Shown here one piece after another: positions 1 to 9,075 of a DNA stretch of 64,000 nucleotides. The notes below the pieces were generated by a model. The model ran no database searches and had not been told where the DNA came from. It saw nothing but the letters and a program-made list of their open reading frames with translations. The translations under genes were made by a program, and so were the position numbers. Source of the DNA: Candidatus Micrarchaeota archaeon (GTDB lineage: Archaea > Micrarchaeota > Micrarchaeia > Anstonellales > J096); contig JALWQW010000001.1 of the NCBI GenBank assembly GCA_026982895.1, positions 17,847 to 81,846 on the forward strand, in the 5' to 3' direction. Position 1 is the first letter of the stretch. Every line of letters starts with the position of its first letter.

Positions 1-494
1 CTGCAGCAGTCGCAGGCGGTGCCCTCTATAAGGGGGTGGCGAAGTACATCGGCATGGATGTTCTAAATGTTAAAGGTGCGACTGGAGATAAGCACAGCGA
101 CTATTCAGCCAAAGCCCGCGCCGCCGTCGAAACCGCTAAGAGCCACGACTTCATTTTCCTCCATGTTAAAGCCACAGATAGTTGCGGGCATGATGGTGAT
201 GCTCTCTGCAAGCGCCGCATCATTGAACGTGTTGATAGAGAAGTTATTCCGGTGGTTAAAAACCACTTCGATGTCATAACAATAACAGGTGACCATGCCA
301 CTCCTCCAAAATTAAAAGGGCACAGTGGCCACGGCGTTCCTTTCTTGGCGTGGGGCGAGACTGTTGGTAAGGATGAGATCTATGCTTTCCATGAGCTAGC
401 TGCCCAGAAAGGTGGTTTAGGCCATTTTTATGGCAGAGAGCTCATGCCCATGATTTTAAATTGGATGGGAAAGGAGAAGAAAATCGGCGAGTGA
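1..494 (+). CDS. apgM: 2,3-bisphosphoglycerate-independent phosphoglycerate mutase, archaeal ApgM type, C-terminal part (5-prime end outside window)
   Basis: Reading frame is open from the window edge (AVAGGALYKGVAKYIGMDV...). Motifs FIFLHVKATDSCGHDGD and ITGDHATPP..GHSGHGVPF are typical of ApgM metal sites. Confidence 0.85.
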   Translation, partial: AAVAGGALYKGVAKYIGMDVLNVKGATGDKHSDYSAKARAAVETAKSHDFIFLHVKATDSCGHDGDALCKRRIIERVDREVIPVVKNHFDVITITGDHATPPKLKGHSGHGVPFLAWGETVGKDEIYAFHELAAQKGGLGHFYGRELMPMILNWMGKEKKIGE

Positions 495-506
495 TGTGGT
501 GAGAAA

Positions 507-998
507 TTGGCTAATATGATTAGGGGTGCATACCTCTATTTGAAAGATAAGCAATTCTATTCAAAGAAGAAGCGCTATTTAGAATTGTTAGGCAGTTTTA
601 CATTCGTAGAGAAGCTTAAGGAAAAATATTCTCTTCTCCACATAATTGACATGGATTTGATGAAGGGCAGTGTTAAGAATTTCGATATATATGAGCGATT
701 AACGACAGATATGTATGTTGAGGTTGAAATTCCAGAAAAAGCTTTGAGGCATGCAGCACGCCTTCAAGAGATAGATGTGCGCGTTGTCTTAGCTTATCCT
801 TACAGAGGAAAAGAAACACTCAACTTAGATTTTTTGGAAGCAAGAGTGGATACATTGGATGAGCTTTCTCATGTTGAGCCAATACGAGATGTTTTCACAT
901 CAAACAATAATGTGGCTGAGGAAGCTTTTAAAATGGGTTTCAGGCTTTTTTTCAAGGGAAGGCACAAGAATGCCTTCGCTGTTATAGAAGAGGTTTGA
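507..998 (+). CDS. hypothetical protein with weak HisA/HisF-like (beta-alpha) half-barrel resemblance
   Basis: 163-aa ORF with a TTG start. Segment LHIIDMDLMKGSVKNFDIYERL resembles the LHLVDLDGA motif of ProFAR isomerase, but no GGG phosphate-binding loop is seen. Confidence 0.4.
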   Translation: MANMIRGAYLYLKDKQFYSKKKRYLELLGSFTFVEKLKEKYSLLHIIDMDLMKGSVKNFDIYERLTTDMYVEVEIPEKALRHAARLQEIDVRVVLAYPYRGKETLNLDFLEARVDTLDELSHVEPIRDVFTSNNNVAEEAFKMGFRLFFKGRHKNAFAVIEEV

Positions 999-1505
999 CT
1001 ATCTGCTTTTTTGCATCTCCAATATAAGCTCCTTTAATATAGTGAATAACAGCTTTCGCCTATTGTGAAAATTATGGTCGTCGTCCAATACATAAACCTC
1101 CCTGCTTATCTCCTTAAACTTTTTGAAATCGTGAGCTAAAACTTCGTCGTGTTTTCCCAAAAAAGAATATATCTTTATTTTATCATTAAGTATATCATCT
1201 ACGGCTTTAGCTCCATTGACAAAACCATTATAAGGCCCTAAAAGGAGGAGTTGTTTAGGGTCCATAAGAGGGTTTAAAAGTATCTTCGTTCTGGCTTTAG
1301 AATATAATGCCAAGTAGCCTCCCAACGAACTGCCTATAACTATATCTTCCTCTTCTATACTTTCGAGTTTGTCGAAAATCTCACCGCTTACGAGCTCTTC
1401 TTCGCCGTATTCTATACATTCAGCGCCTAGCTCTTGGGCAAGCTTTGCCTTTCCACTTTTACATGAGCTTTTATATCCATGGATGTAATAAACCTTCATG
1501 CTCAT
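999..1505 (-). CDS. alpha/beta hydrolase, YqiA-like esterase (UPF0227)
   Basis: N-terminal VYYIHGYKSS and nucleophile elbow GSSLGGYLA. About 168 aa, typical of the family. Confidence 0.7.
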   Translation of the reverse strand: MSMKVYYIHGYKSSCKSGKAKLAQELGAECIEYGEEELVSGEIFDKLESIEEEDIVIGSSLGGYLALYSKARTKILLNPLMDPKQLLLLGPYNGFVNGAKAVDDILNDKIKIYSFLGKHDEVLAHDFKKFKEISREVYVLDDDHNFHNRRKLLFTILKELILEMQKSR

Positions 1506-1604
1506 TGCTACCCGACAAACGCTTAAAAATAAGCATGTTAACCTCTTCCGAATTTTATTACTGATTAAAGCACATTTATAAACCTTTTGTTATATTATTT
1601 CATG

Positions 1605-1626
1605 AGCGTAACAAAACTGTTACGCT
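1605..1626. promoter_or_regulatory. perfect 9-bp inverted repeat (agcgtaaca-aaac-tgttacgct), candidate AbiEi operator
   Basis: Read directly. It lies 12 nt upstream of the AbiEi start and about 25 nt downstream of the TATA-like tttataaa (about 1576-1583), so it overlaps the predicted TSS. Confidence 0.5.
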
Positions 1627-1637
1627 GATGTGATGAT

Positions 1638-2201
1638 ATGAAGCTCTATGAAATAAGAGAAAAAGCTTTGGAATCAGGAAGGGCTGTATTTAGCGTACAG
1701 CAATTGGCTACACTGATAAACACCTCTAAGGATGTGGCAAAAACTTATGCTTATAGGTTGGTTAAACAGGGCTTAGCTAAGCGCTTAACATGGGGTAAAA
1801 TAAGTTTTGTAGATGATTCGTTAATTATCGCCACCCAATTATTGGAGCCTGCATACATATCTTGTTATTCAGCCTTACTTTTCCATAATCTGATTACACA
1901 GATACCTCGTTATGTGGAGGCTGTAACTACCAAGCGCAGTATTTTTTATCCCGAATTTGGTATTCGTTATTATAAACTAAAAGCAAATCTTTTTTATGGT
2001 TATAAGAGATGCAAGAAAGGTAAGAGTTATGTGTTTGTAGCGGATCCTGAAAAAGCAATAATTGATGGTTTATATCTAAATATATTACCCACCAATCTTA
2101 TCAATGAACTTGATGGTGTATTGGATAAGGAGAAGCTTTCTTTATATATTCACAAATTTAAAGGCAAAGGAAAGAAAAAATTGGAGAGGTTGCTGCTATG
2201 A
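1638..2201 (+). CDS. AbiEi-family antitoxin / transcriptional regulator (type IV TA system)
   Basis: N-terminal wHTH-like region (FSVQQLATLINTSKDVAKTYAYRLVKQGL). Core motif YISCYSALLFHNLITQIP. 4-nt overlap with the downstream AbiEii gene. Confidence 0.75.
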   Translation: MKLYEIREKALESGRAVFSVQQLATLINTSKDVAKTYAYRLVKQGLAKRLTWGKISFVDDSLIIATQLLEPAYISCYSALLFHNLITQIPRYVEAVTTKRSIFYPEFGIRYYKLKANLFYGYKRCKKGKSYVFVADPEKAIIDGLYLNILPTNLINELDGVLDKEKLSLYIHKFKGKGKKKLERLLL

Positions 2202-2938
2202 TAGATAAAGATAAAATAATAAAACTAGCGAAGCTTAATGGTATGCGGCCTTGGCAGCAAGAGAAACATTATATTCAGTCTTTACTGCTCAATATCTTGG
2301 CTGATAAGGATATTGTGTTTAAGGGGGGAACCTATTTGTGGTTTTTCCATGGCTTACCTCGTTTTTCAGAAGATTTAGATTTTACATTAGCTGGCAAACC
2401 ATTCAGTCCGAAAGATGTGGAGGAAGCTTTGGATTTATGGGGTGTAGAAAGTGATATGCGCATCGTTAAGAACAATGAGGCAAGCCTTTCGTTTAGGGTT
2501 GGTGTAAAAGGTTCTTTATATACTTCTGATAAGGATATTTGTTATGTTTATGTGGATATAAGTAAAAGAGAGCGTATTATGACTAATCCTCTATCTTATA
2601 AATTAGAGTTCCCTGCTTATAATTTGCCTATAAAATTTATACGTGGTTTGTCTCTAGAGGAGGTCGCGGCTGAAAAAGTAAGAGCTATAATTACTAGAAA
2701 GAAATCTCGGGATGTTTATGACCTCTTTTATTTAGTGAAAAATAAAGGTGTTAAATATGATGACGCACTTGTTAAAGCGAAATTAAGCTATTATAGGAGG
2801 CGCTTCTCTAAAAAAGATTTTTTGGAGGCAGTTAAAATGCATGAATCTACTTATAAAGCAGAATTAAAATCTCTTCTATTTGATGAGCTGCCTGAATTTA
2901 CTTTGGTTCTGGAAGCACTCGAAAAGTGGATTAAATAA
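2198..2938 (+). CDS. AbiEii-family nucleotidyltransferase toxin (DUF1814)
   Basis: Signature FKGGTYLWFFHGLPRFSEDLDFT and the later EKVRAIITR..SRDVYDL motif. ATGA overlap with the antitoxin gene. Confidence 0.85.
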   Translation: MIDKDKIIKLAKLNGMRPWQQEKHYIQSLLLNILADKDIVFKGGTYLWFFHGLPRFSEDLDFTLAGKPFSPKDVEEALDLWGVESDMRIVKNNEASLSFRVGVKGSLYTSDKDICYVYVDISKRERIMTNPLSYKLEFPAYNLPIKFIRGLSLEEVAAEKVRAIITRKKSRDVYDLFYLVKNKGVKYDDALVKAKLSYYRRRFSKKDFLEAVKMHESTYKAELKSLLFDELPEFTLVLEALEKWIK

Positions 2939-2984
2939 TTTCCTTATGATTACACCACCAATATTATATCGCGCATAGGGTTAA

Positions 2985-2996
2985 GCTTAAAAAACC
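2985..2996 (+). promoter_or_regulatory. TATA-like box (gcttaaaaaacc) for 5S rRNA
   Basis: Centred about 26 nt upstream of the inferred 5S 5-prime end. It matches the recurrent promoter element seen upstream of many genes in this window. Confidence 0.5.
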
Positions 2997-3014
2997 TTCT
3001 CTGCACAAAGGAGG

Positions 3015-3130
3015 ATACAGCGGCCATAGGAAAGGGGTTACGCCCGTTCCCATGCCGAACACGGAAGCTAAGCCCTTTCACGGCGGCTCCAGTACTGGGC
3101 TATGCCCGGGAAAGACCGCTGCCGCTGTTC
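3015..3130 (+). rRNA. rrf: 5S ribosomal RNA (isolated, not linked to 16S/23S in this window); ends approximate to about 5 nt
   Basis: Helix I pairing acagcggc/gccgctgt. Conserved core ccgttcccatgccgaacacggaagctaagccc. GC-rich island in AT-rich spacer. Confidence 0.9.
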
Positions 3131-3176
3131 TCTCCTTTATCATTACACTTTTAAACCCTCTACATCATAATCTTAT

Positions 3177-3761
3177 ATGGGAGATGCAGTTAAAGAGCCT
3201 GTTGAGAAACCCAAAGAGCCTGTGGCTTTAGAGAGAAAACGCATCGTCGGCTATGATATAGATACTGAAGAAATTGAGTTGAAGCTCCTTGACGATGATG
3301 ATTTGGACGAAATTATAAAAGTTTTCAAAAAGGTCGCTGTGCCCATAGGCCGTGACGAGGTCAAGGAAATAAAAAACATACTTGCAGACAACATGAGCTA
3401 TGGCGCTTATGTTGATAGGATACTCGTCGGTTTATTTTTGGCTTGGCCTTTTTGTTTTGACCAGGTTCATAAAGGCATGGCCACATGTGATGATCCGAAT
3501 GCACTTTACTTAGAGGATATGGCAGTTCTATCGGCTTATGAAGCAAAAGGTGTAAGGGACGCTCTCTTAAAACAGGCTGAAAAGGTTGCAAAAGAAAATT
3601 CTTTTCCATACATCGTTACAGTTGTCGGGGAAAACCCCGCAGAGGAGGATATCCTAAAAGTTATCGAAGATAGGGGCACAAGACACGAGAGGCATTTATT
3701 GTCTAGAGGGTACAAATTTTTCAAGTCAGAATATGGTTTGGCAGCCTATAAAAATTTATAA
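3177..3761 (+). CDS. GNAT-like acetyltransferase (tentative)
   Basis: 194 aa. The segment YLEDMAVLSAYEAKGVRDALLKQAEKVAKENSFPYIV resembles GNAT motif A (beta4-alpha3). By eye only. Confidence 0.4.
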   Translation: MGDAVKEPVEKPKEPVALERKRIVGYDIDTEEIELKLLDDDDLDEIIKVFKKVAVPIGRDEVKEIKNILADNMSYGAYVDRILVGLFLAWPFCFDQVHKGMATCDDPNALYLEDMAVLSAYEAKGVRDALLKQAEKVAKENSFPYIVTVVGENPAEEDILKVIEDRGTRHERHLLSRGYKFFKSEYGLAAYKNL

Positions 3762-4378
3762 TATAAGATGAGAATGGCCAAAGCACCGCCAATTAATGAG
3801 CATATAATATTACTTGTTTCTTTATTTCCTAGCCCTCTTTCTTCGAAATAGCCAGCTATGCTATCGGCAAACGCTCCCAATGTGCCTAAAACTGCTGCTA
3901 TTATAGCTTCTTTTGCCGTTATCCCAAACAAGAACACGCTCAAAAAGCTTATTGACAAGGCTCCGACGAAGGAAGCGAAGGTTCCAAAGCTACTTATTGC
4001 TCCACTCTTGCCTGCTTTAACCTTTTTCCATGTAAATAGTTCTATAGGCCGCTCCACCAACACGCCCAATTCTGAGGCGAACTTATCAGCAGTTATAGCT
4101 GCAACAGATACAATGTACGGGAAGGGCCCCCATATAGATGACATCATAGCTAGGATTGTCGGCACCAAGCCGTTGGATAAAACATTGGGCCAGCCTCTCT
4201 TATAATCATAGACACCTATCTTCGCCTTTTCTCTATAGTGTATGCTCGTTATGTAAAGGCTTAAGAAGAGAAAACTCAGCAATAAAAGAAGATAAGAGCC
4301 CCCTCCGTAGATATATACTATAGTCCCTAGGATTATAGCTAATATAAACCCTGCCAAGTCTAGCCCGAAGAATATCAT
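3746..4378 (-). CDS. DUF92/TMEM19-family integral membrane protein
   Basis: Polytopic. Motif KAGKSGAISSFGTFASFVGAL resembles the conserved G-rich segment of DUF92 proteins. Confidence 0.6.
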   Translation of the reverse strand: MIFFGLDLAGFILAIILGTIVYIYGGGSYLLLLLSFLFLSLYITSIHYREKAKIGVYDYKRGWPNVLSNGLVPTILAMMSSIWGPFPYIVSVAAITADKFASELGVLVERPIELFTWKKVKAGKSGAISSFGTFASFVGALSISFLSVFLFGITAKEAIIAAVLGTLGAFADSIAGYFEERGLGNKETSNIICSLIGGALAILILYYKFL

Positions 4379-4413
4379 ATACTGCCTTTGAGCCTTACCT
4401 TTTTAAGTGTTTT

Positions 4414-5025
4414 CTATTGCTCGCTTCTATTATCAGTGCTGCTTATGTTAAGAGGAAAGGTCATTATCCTCTGTTTAAGCACTTTCTCATTGTTGGCTTT
4501 TTTTATCTTTATAAATAACTTAACAGAAATCTTTAGCAAATTATCCACGACGCCACAATTTTTTATAACTATCATTCCCTCTTTATCACTTATTCTTATG
4601 CTCTCCCCGACCTTCATGCCAAATCCCATCGTCGAATTATTACTTTTATCTCTTACTATAATGCTGTATATACCATTGTCTCTGCCAATATATGTTAAGG
4701 TGTAATGAAGGAAACGGACTCCCTCACTTTTTCTTATAATATTTGCAGGAACGCATTTTTCAGGCTCAGGTTTATATTTATCGAATAAATAGTATTTTCC
4801 GCCAACTCCAGCGCTCGTTGTCGTTACAACTGCTGTGATTATCCATGGCAATGTCTTTTTTGTAAATATCTTCTTGAAGAAGTTGGATAAGCCTGCCGAT
4901 ACGCCGGCATGAAATTTATAGTGCTTCTTCTTTCCCTTCTTTTTATTCTCTGTATCGACTTCTAATTCAATCGCTGCTTCAGCCTTCTCCTTTTTTTCAT
5001 TCCTTGCCATAGTCCCCCTCCCCAT
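4414..5025 (-). CDS. hypothetical membrane-anchored protein (Lys-rich N-terminus, one TM, beta-rich C-domain)
   Basis: Long ORF with a TM segment LPWIITAVVTTTSAGVGG. The opposite-strand ORF 4388..4705 is low-complexity antisense. Confidence 0.5.
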   Translation of the reverse strand: MGRGTMARNEKKEKAEAAIELEVDTENKKKGKKKHYKFHAGVSAGLSNFFKKIFTKKTLPWIITAVVTTTSAGVGGKYYLFDKYKPEPEKCVPANIIRKSEGVRFLHYTLTYIGRDNGIYSIIVRDKSNNSTMGFGMKVGESIRISDKEGMIVIKNCGVVDNLLKISVKLFIKIKKANNEKVLKQRIMTFPLNISSTDNRSEQ

Positions 5026-5145
5026 GTATTTTTTGCTAGATTGGTTTTATAAATGTTGCCTACTGTGTTTCCAAGTTGCAAAGTGTAATCAATTATGCCC
5101 ACAACCTTTCAAAACATTATTTAACCCTTTCCTTCAAAATTGCAT

Positions 5146-6120
5146 ATGTCGTTGAAATTAGATGATATCGATTATAAGCTTCTGTATGAATTGTCATTAG
5201 ATGGTAGAGCTCCTCTATCAAAGTTGGCCCATAAATTGGGTTTAAGCAAGCAAAGGATAGACTATAGAATTAGGCGGCTGGAAGACAAGGGCGTTATAAA
5301 GGCGTACAGTGCCTTTATGGACGGCACTTCGCTTGGTTTTACCCTATATCGCATAAATCTCTTGATGGCCAACCTATCAGAAGAAGAATCAAAAAAATTC
5401 TTAAAATTCCTTCACAGCTTGGGTGTGGTTTGGCGCGTAACACGCTTAGTTGGGCACTATGATTACCTCATTGATTTATGCGTTAAAAATACATCTTCTT
5501 TAATGGCTTTCATAAACAAACTATATGAGGCGTACGGCGAGAAAATTCTCGGTAAAAATGTTGCTATAGCTGAATCGTTCTCTATATACCTGCCAACATT
5601 ATACATAACAGAGGGGTTGGACTTTTACCCCAATAGAGAAGAACACACTATAAGTTATCTTGAACCTTCCCTCGGCGATTTCGGAAAATTCAGGGATGAG
5701 GATATTCTGCCAGTTATAAATCTGCTCCACGATAAAGCTCGACTTTCCAATACAGCGATGAGCAGAAAGCTTGGCATCTCCCTCAAAACATTCATGACGC
5801 TCAAAAAGCACTTGGAAGGCCCTCTTATAAAGAAATACTATGTTGAAGTCGATGGAGAGGTTCTTGGTTATACACCTCATAAAATCTTTTTGACTTTAAA
5901 CAATCGTTCAAAAGAGGCTATGGAACGCATAAGAAACTTCGCTAAAAACTCTGCCAATATTCGAGAGATGATTGTATTTACAGAAGCATGGGATGTTGAA
6001 TTAACAATAGATGTTAAGACCGTAGCTGACCTTCTGAATTTCATAGAGAATCTTAAGAAAGATTTAGGCGACATTATAGCAGAGTTTGATGAAGCAGACA
6101 TCATTAAAGTTTATTTGTGA
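5146..6120 (+). CDS. tandem (duplicated) Lrp/AsnC-family transcriptional regulator
   Basis: Two HTH modules: DYKLLYELSLDGRAPLSKLAHKLGLSKQRIDYRIRRLEDKGVI, and VINLLHDKARLSNTAMSRKLGISLKTFMTLKKHL. Each is followed by an RAM-like domain. Confidence 0.75.
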   Translation: MSLKLDDIDYKLLYELSLDGRAPLSKLAHKLGLSKQRIDYRIRRLEDKGVIKAYSAFMDGTSLGFTLYRINLLMANLSEEESKKFLKFLHSLGVVWRVTRLVGHYDYLIDLCVKNTSSLMAFINKLYEAYGEKILGKNVAIAESFSIYLPTLYITEGLDFYPNREEHTISYLEPSLGDFGKFRDEDILPVINLLHDKARLSNTAMSRKLGISLKTFMTLKKHLEGPLIKKYYVEVDGEVLGYTPHKIFLTLNNRSKEAMERIRNFAKNSANIREMIVFTEAWDVELTIDVKTVADLLNFIENLKKDLGDIIAEFDEADIIKVYL

Positions 6121-6166
6121 GCACATATTCGTCGGCCTTTTTAAGTCTTTCTTTTAAAAGCTCTGT

Positions 6167-7528
6167 GTGGAAACCCTTGGCTGGCGTATTGTAAAGACAG
6201 GCGATTATAAGCTTAGTTACCCCCTTCTTAGCCCAGATGAGGAGGAGGTTATATTCTTAGTCGAGAAATATTTCCGTGAGATAACGCGTATCCATACATT
6301 CAAAAATAAGGAGGATGTGGAGAAGCATCTTGGCGAAACCCTCTCTCGTGTCTGCGATGAGCAGGGATTGGAACTCGACAAAGAGCAGGAAGATTATCTC
6401 ATAAAGGTTGCTTACGCTCACATATATGGCTTGGCTTTCTTCGAAGAGCTTTTAGCAGACGATGATATCGAGGAAATAGCTGTAATAGGCTTAAATAAAC
6501 CAATTTATATCTATGTTCTTAATAGAGGATGGATTACTGTCAATGCCCAAATAACATCCGTTGAGTTCTTAATGGAGTTAGTCAATAAGATGGCAAAGGA
6601 GCTTGGCAGGCGCATAACCCTTCAAAATCCTCGTCTAGACACAACCCTCAGAGATGGTTCAAGGCTTCATGCGTCTCTTCCACCCATATCCGAAGGAGAG
6701 CTAACGATAAGAAAGTTCAAGGCGAAGCCTCTCAGCCTCCGCACGCTCATGGATTTCAAAGCTATTCCATCCGATGCTGCGGCTATGCTTAGCTTCTTTA
6801 TGCAGGGTGATTTCTCTCTCATAGTGGCGGGAAACACTGCTAGTGGTAAAACAACTCTTCTCAACGCTCTCTTTTCGTTCATCCCGTACAATGAGCGCAT
6901 ATTAATAACAGAAGAGACGCCTGAAATAAGGCCCCTTCAGAAGCACAATATACGTCTTTTAGCCAATAAAGATATGGGCATAACCCTTATGGACCTCGTC
7001 TATGACAGCCTCCGCATGCGCCCTGATAGACTCATTGTCGGGGAGGTCAGGAATAGCGACGAAGCCAAGGCTCTATTCGATGTTTTAATGGGAGGACAGG
7101 CAAGAGGTGCCTATGCCACTTTTCATGGGAAGAGTAGCATGGAAGTCGTTAAGAGGTTGATGAGCTTTGGCATAAGCGAGCTTGACATAAACAGTATAGA
7201 TGCCCTTCTCATACAGCGCCGTATGCTTTTGTACGAAGGAGAAGATAGGAAATTGAAAGAGCTCCGTAGAATGATTGAGCTGAGCATTATAGAGGATAGC
7301 AAGCCGATACCCATTGTAACTTACTCTATTCATGGCGATGAGTGGAAGGTAAAGAATCTCAATGTGGCATTTAAGGTCATAGGCGAGCGTTTGGGTTTGT
7401 CCAAAAAATACTTGGAGGAAGAATTCAAAAGGAGGAAGGCTTTATTGGAATCATCACCAGCTAATTATAGAGAATTCTATGATTTTGTCCAGAGGGAGTT
7501 CTATGGTTTTGGTAAGCAGTCTGGTTAA
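6167..7528 (+). CDS. type IV pilus/archaellum-type secretion ATPase (FlaI/PilB/GspE superfamily)
   Basis: Walker A GNTASGKTTLLNAL. Walker B/Asp box LRMRPDRLIVGEVRNSDE. His-box ATFHG. Confidence 0.85.
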   Translation: METLGWRIVKTGDYKLSYPLLSPDEEEVIFLVEKYFREITRIHTFKNKEDVEKHLGETLSRVCDEQGLELDKEQEDYLIKVAYAHIYGLAFFEELLADDDIEEIAVIGLNKPIYIYVLNRGWITVNAQITSVEFLMELVNKMAKELGRRITLQNPRLDTTLRDGSRLHASLPPISEGELTIRKFKAKPLSLRTLMDFKAIPSDAAAMLSFFMQGDFSLIVAGNTASGKTTLLNALFSFIPYNERILITEETPEIRPLQKHNIRLLANKDMGITLMDLVYDSLRMRPDRLIVGEVRNSDEAKALFDVLMGGQARGAYATFHGKSSMEVVKRLMSFGISELDINSIDALLIQRRMLLYEGEDRKLKELRRMIELSIIEDSKPIPIVTYSIHGDEWKVKNLNVAFKVIGERLGLSKKYLEEEFKRRKALLESSPANYREFYDFVQREFYGFGKQSG

Positions 7529-9074
7529 ATTAGCCAGAAGTTTTCCCCCCATCAAAGTCAAAGCCCAAAGGATACAGAAGGTCTTCTACGACATGGGCAT
7601 TGTGCTTGATGCTCGACGGTGGGTTAGTTGCTGCCTCATTTTAAGCATTCTCTCCTTGGGCATTCTCTATTTTTATCCTTTTTACGGTTTAACATCTATT
7701 ATTCTATTAGCAGTAGTATATTTTTTACCTTATTTCGAGCTCAATAGTTTGAAGAGGGATATAGAGGCGGAGATGCCTATCTTTTTGAGGCAGATGGGCT
7801 CTCTGTTAAAAATGGGCATTCCCTTTACAACAGCTTTATCTGTTGTTAGTAAAGAAGGCGAGCTCTCTAAGCACATGGGCTTTGTTATAAGGGAGATAGA
7901 GCGTGGTGTTAGTATTCCGAAGGCTCTTTTGGATTTTGCTGAGAAGCTTGGCACAGAAACGACCAAGAGGGCTATGGCTCAAATTATATCTGTATATGAG
8001 CATGGTGGTGGCGATGAGCTGAAGAGATTAGGTGATGAGCTCCTCAATGCACAAAGGCATAAAATAAAGGAATATGCTGCCAAGAGTTCGATGGTTGCTT
8101 TATTTTTTGTCATAGTGGCCGTCGTTGGCCCCACCTTTTACATTGTAGCTTCTCTTATAACCTCTGGCTTTTCAGGCCAAGCGACTACATTAGATATAAC
8201 TTCAGCAGCATTGGCAATGGATTTAATTATTCCTGTAATCTCGTTATTTATTGTCCTTCTCGGCGTTGGCATGTTTCCACCGGTTTTGTTTGCTAAAAAA
8301 GAGCTTTCTCTAACGACAGTCTTCATATCTATCCCATTGGCAATTATATTTTTTCTCCCTATAACGCTCTTCTATAGATGGCTTATCCTTGCAGTCGTGT
8401 TTGTATTCTCAGCGTATAAATTCTTTGGTGAATTCATAAAGCGCCGACGGTTAGATGAATTGGAGCTTAAACTTGGCGATGCTCTGCTAGTGGCCTCGAC
8501 TCTACCTAAAGGCGTCCATATGAAGGAACTCTTCGCAAAGCTTTGCAGGGAATCCCTTGGCACTATAAGCAAAGAATTTTGTATAGCAAAGAGGCAATTC
8601 GACAATAATATGAATATAACAAATATAATGCAGGACTTACGCGACCGTGTGCCGAGCAAGCTCTTTGCAAGAGTTATAGAGGTCTTGGAATATGCCTTCA
8701 AGTCTGGCAGGAATGTCGGTGAAAAGATATCCGAATTAGCGGAGGATATTCTCATGTTTTCAGAGCTTAAGAGGGAACAAATGTCTTTATTGGCTATACA
8801 AAAATATTCACTTCTATTGGGGATGGTTTTGGTCCCTGTAATCATAGCCTCTGCCATAAGCATAGTTGGAGGATTAAATGTAGTCGATAAACAAGGATTG
8901 GAAGGCTTGAAGTCAAGCGTTATTCCTGCTTATTTCATCCTCATGAGTGCTTTAACTTCGACATTTATAACGAGCATTGAAGGCAAGAGGACATCAGAGC
9001 TAATATACTTCTCAGCCCTTAGTCTTATAACCTTATTCCTCTACTTTAATGTTCATCTAGCAGTAGGTGTATAA
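7503..9074 (+). CDS. FlaJ/TadC/PilC-like polytopic membrane platform protein
   Basis: Immediately downstream of, and overlapping, the ATPase gene. Two repeated T2SS-F-like cytoplasmic helical domains alternate with TM clusters. Start chosen at the in-frame ATG. Confidence 0.7.
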   Translation: MVLVSSLVKLARSFPPIKVKAQRIQKVFYDMGIVLDARRWVSCCLILSILSLGILYFYPFYGLTSIILLAVVYFLPYFELNSLKRDIEAEMPIFLRQMGSLLKMGIPFTTALSVVSKEGELSKHMGFVIREIERGVSIPKALLDFAEKLGTETTKRAMAQIISVYEHGGGDELKRLGDELLNAQRHKIKEYAAKSSMVALFFVIVAVVGPTFYIVASLITSGFSGQATTLDITSAALAMDLIIPVISLFIVLLGVGMFPPVLFAKKELSLTTVFISIPLAIIFFLPITLFYRWLILAVVFVFSAYKFFGEFIKRRRLDELELKLGDALLVASTLPKGVHMKELFAKLCRESLGTISKEFCIAKRQFDNNMNITNIMQDLRDRVPSKLFARVIEVLEYAFKSGRNVGEKISELAEDILMFSELKREQMSLLAIQKYSLLLGMVLVPVIIASAISIVGGLNVVDKQGLEGLKSSVIPAYFILMSALTSTFITSIEGKRTSELIYFSALSLITLFLYFNVHLAVGV

Positions 9075-9075
9075 C

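Noticed and set aside
1626-1640. tgatga motif near 1631 (and atgatga at about 46712) as C/D-box sRNA signatures
   Set aside because: No properly spaced D, C-prime or D-prime boxes or terminal stem were found. The first overlaps the AbiEi start region. In the second case a CTGA follows only about 30 nt later, inside the next coding region.
4388-4705. Plus-strand 105-aa hydrophobic ORF
   Set aside because: It lies antisense to the longer 4414..5025 ORF. Its Leu/Ser/Phe/Ile-rich sequence is an expected artefact, though neither gene has a recognisable family, so this call carries moderate confidence only.
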